Below, piece by piece: positions 63,811 through 64,000 of a DNA stretch of 64,000 nucleotides (positions are counted from its first letter, which is position 1; every line of letters begins with the position of its first letter). A program made the position numbers and the translations under genes. This DNA is from Pseudogymnoascus verrucosus (lineage: Eukaryota): the NCBI GenBank assembly GCA_001662655.1, contig KV460213.1; one strand, written 5' to 3'. The notes beneath the pieces were generated by a model, which was not told the origin of the DNA, searched no databases, and saw only the letters and a program-made list of their open reading frames with translations.

Positions 63811-64000
63811 TTAGAAATTCGGAATCGTCGTTCCGACCCCCTTCTCCCTGGCCAAAGTAATAAGACCTCCACCAACAACGAGATCCATCAGCCCCATCCC
63901 GACGCACTTATAAACCACATTTCCCTCTCCTAACCATGTAGCCATCGCATCATCCTTAGACTTAACCTTCCTATTATCCATGCTCAAGCTTCGGATTTTA
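63811..64000 (-). CDS. 3' end of an ornithine cyclodeaminase/mu-crystallin (PrnX-like) protein
   Basis: Open frame from the window edge: ...WLGEGNVVYKCVGMGLMDLVVGGGLITLAREKGVGTTIPNF*. Resembles the OCD C-terminal KSVG...D motif. Confidence 0.75.
   Translation of the reverse strand, partial: KIRSLSMDNRKVKSKDDAMATWLGEGNVVYKCVGMGLMDLVVGGGLITLAREKGVGTTIPNF

Overview
Eukaryotic, intron-containing DNA from a filamentous ascomycete. The gene style suggests a Leotiomycete such as Pseudogymnoascus, which is inference only. About 1-12 kb is an accessory-like island: a palindrome-rich non-coding block with a ~210-bp-periodic motif, two orphan coiled-coil genes, an NLR-type TPR relic, and a HeLo-like (PF17111-type) gene with a HET-s-like two-repeat amyloid motif. 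The rest is mostly core genes: RfeF-like vWA protein, pepsin-like membrane protein, GPI cell-wall protein, Blm10/PA200, Mrp10, Gpi18/PIG-V, Sas3, NDUFA1-like complex I subunit, beta-carbonic anhydrase, eL8, Ncs6/Ctu1 and a PrnX-like 3' end. These are separated by long low-complexity intergenic tracts. Several small spliced genes that the ORF track misses or splits were rebuilt by hand: a frameshifted class II hydrophobin-like gene next to a MITE-like element, Mrp10, NDUFA1 with a 4-nt microexon, and a small Cys-rich protein. I recognised no tRNA, rRNA, CRISPR array or intact transposase. All family calls are from recalled motifs, not database searches.
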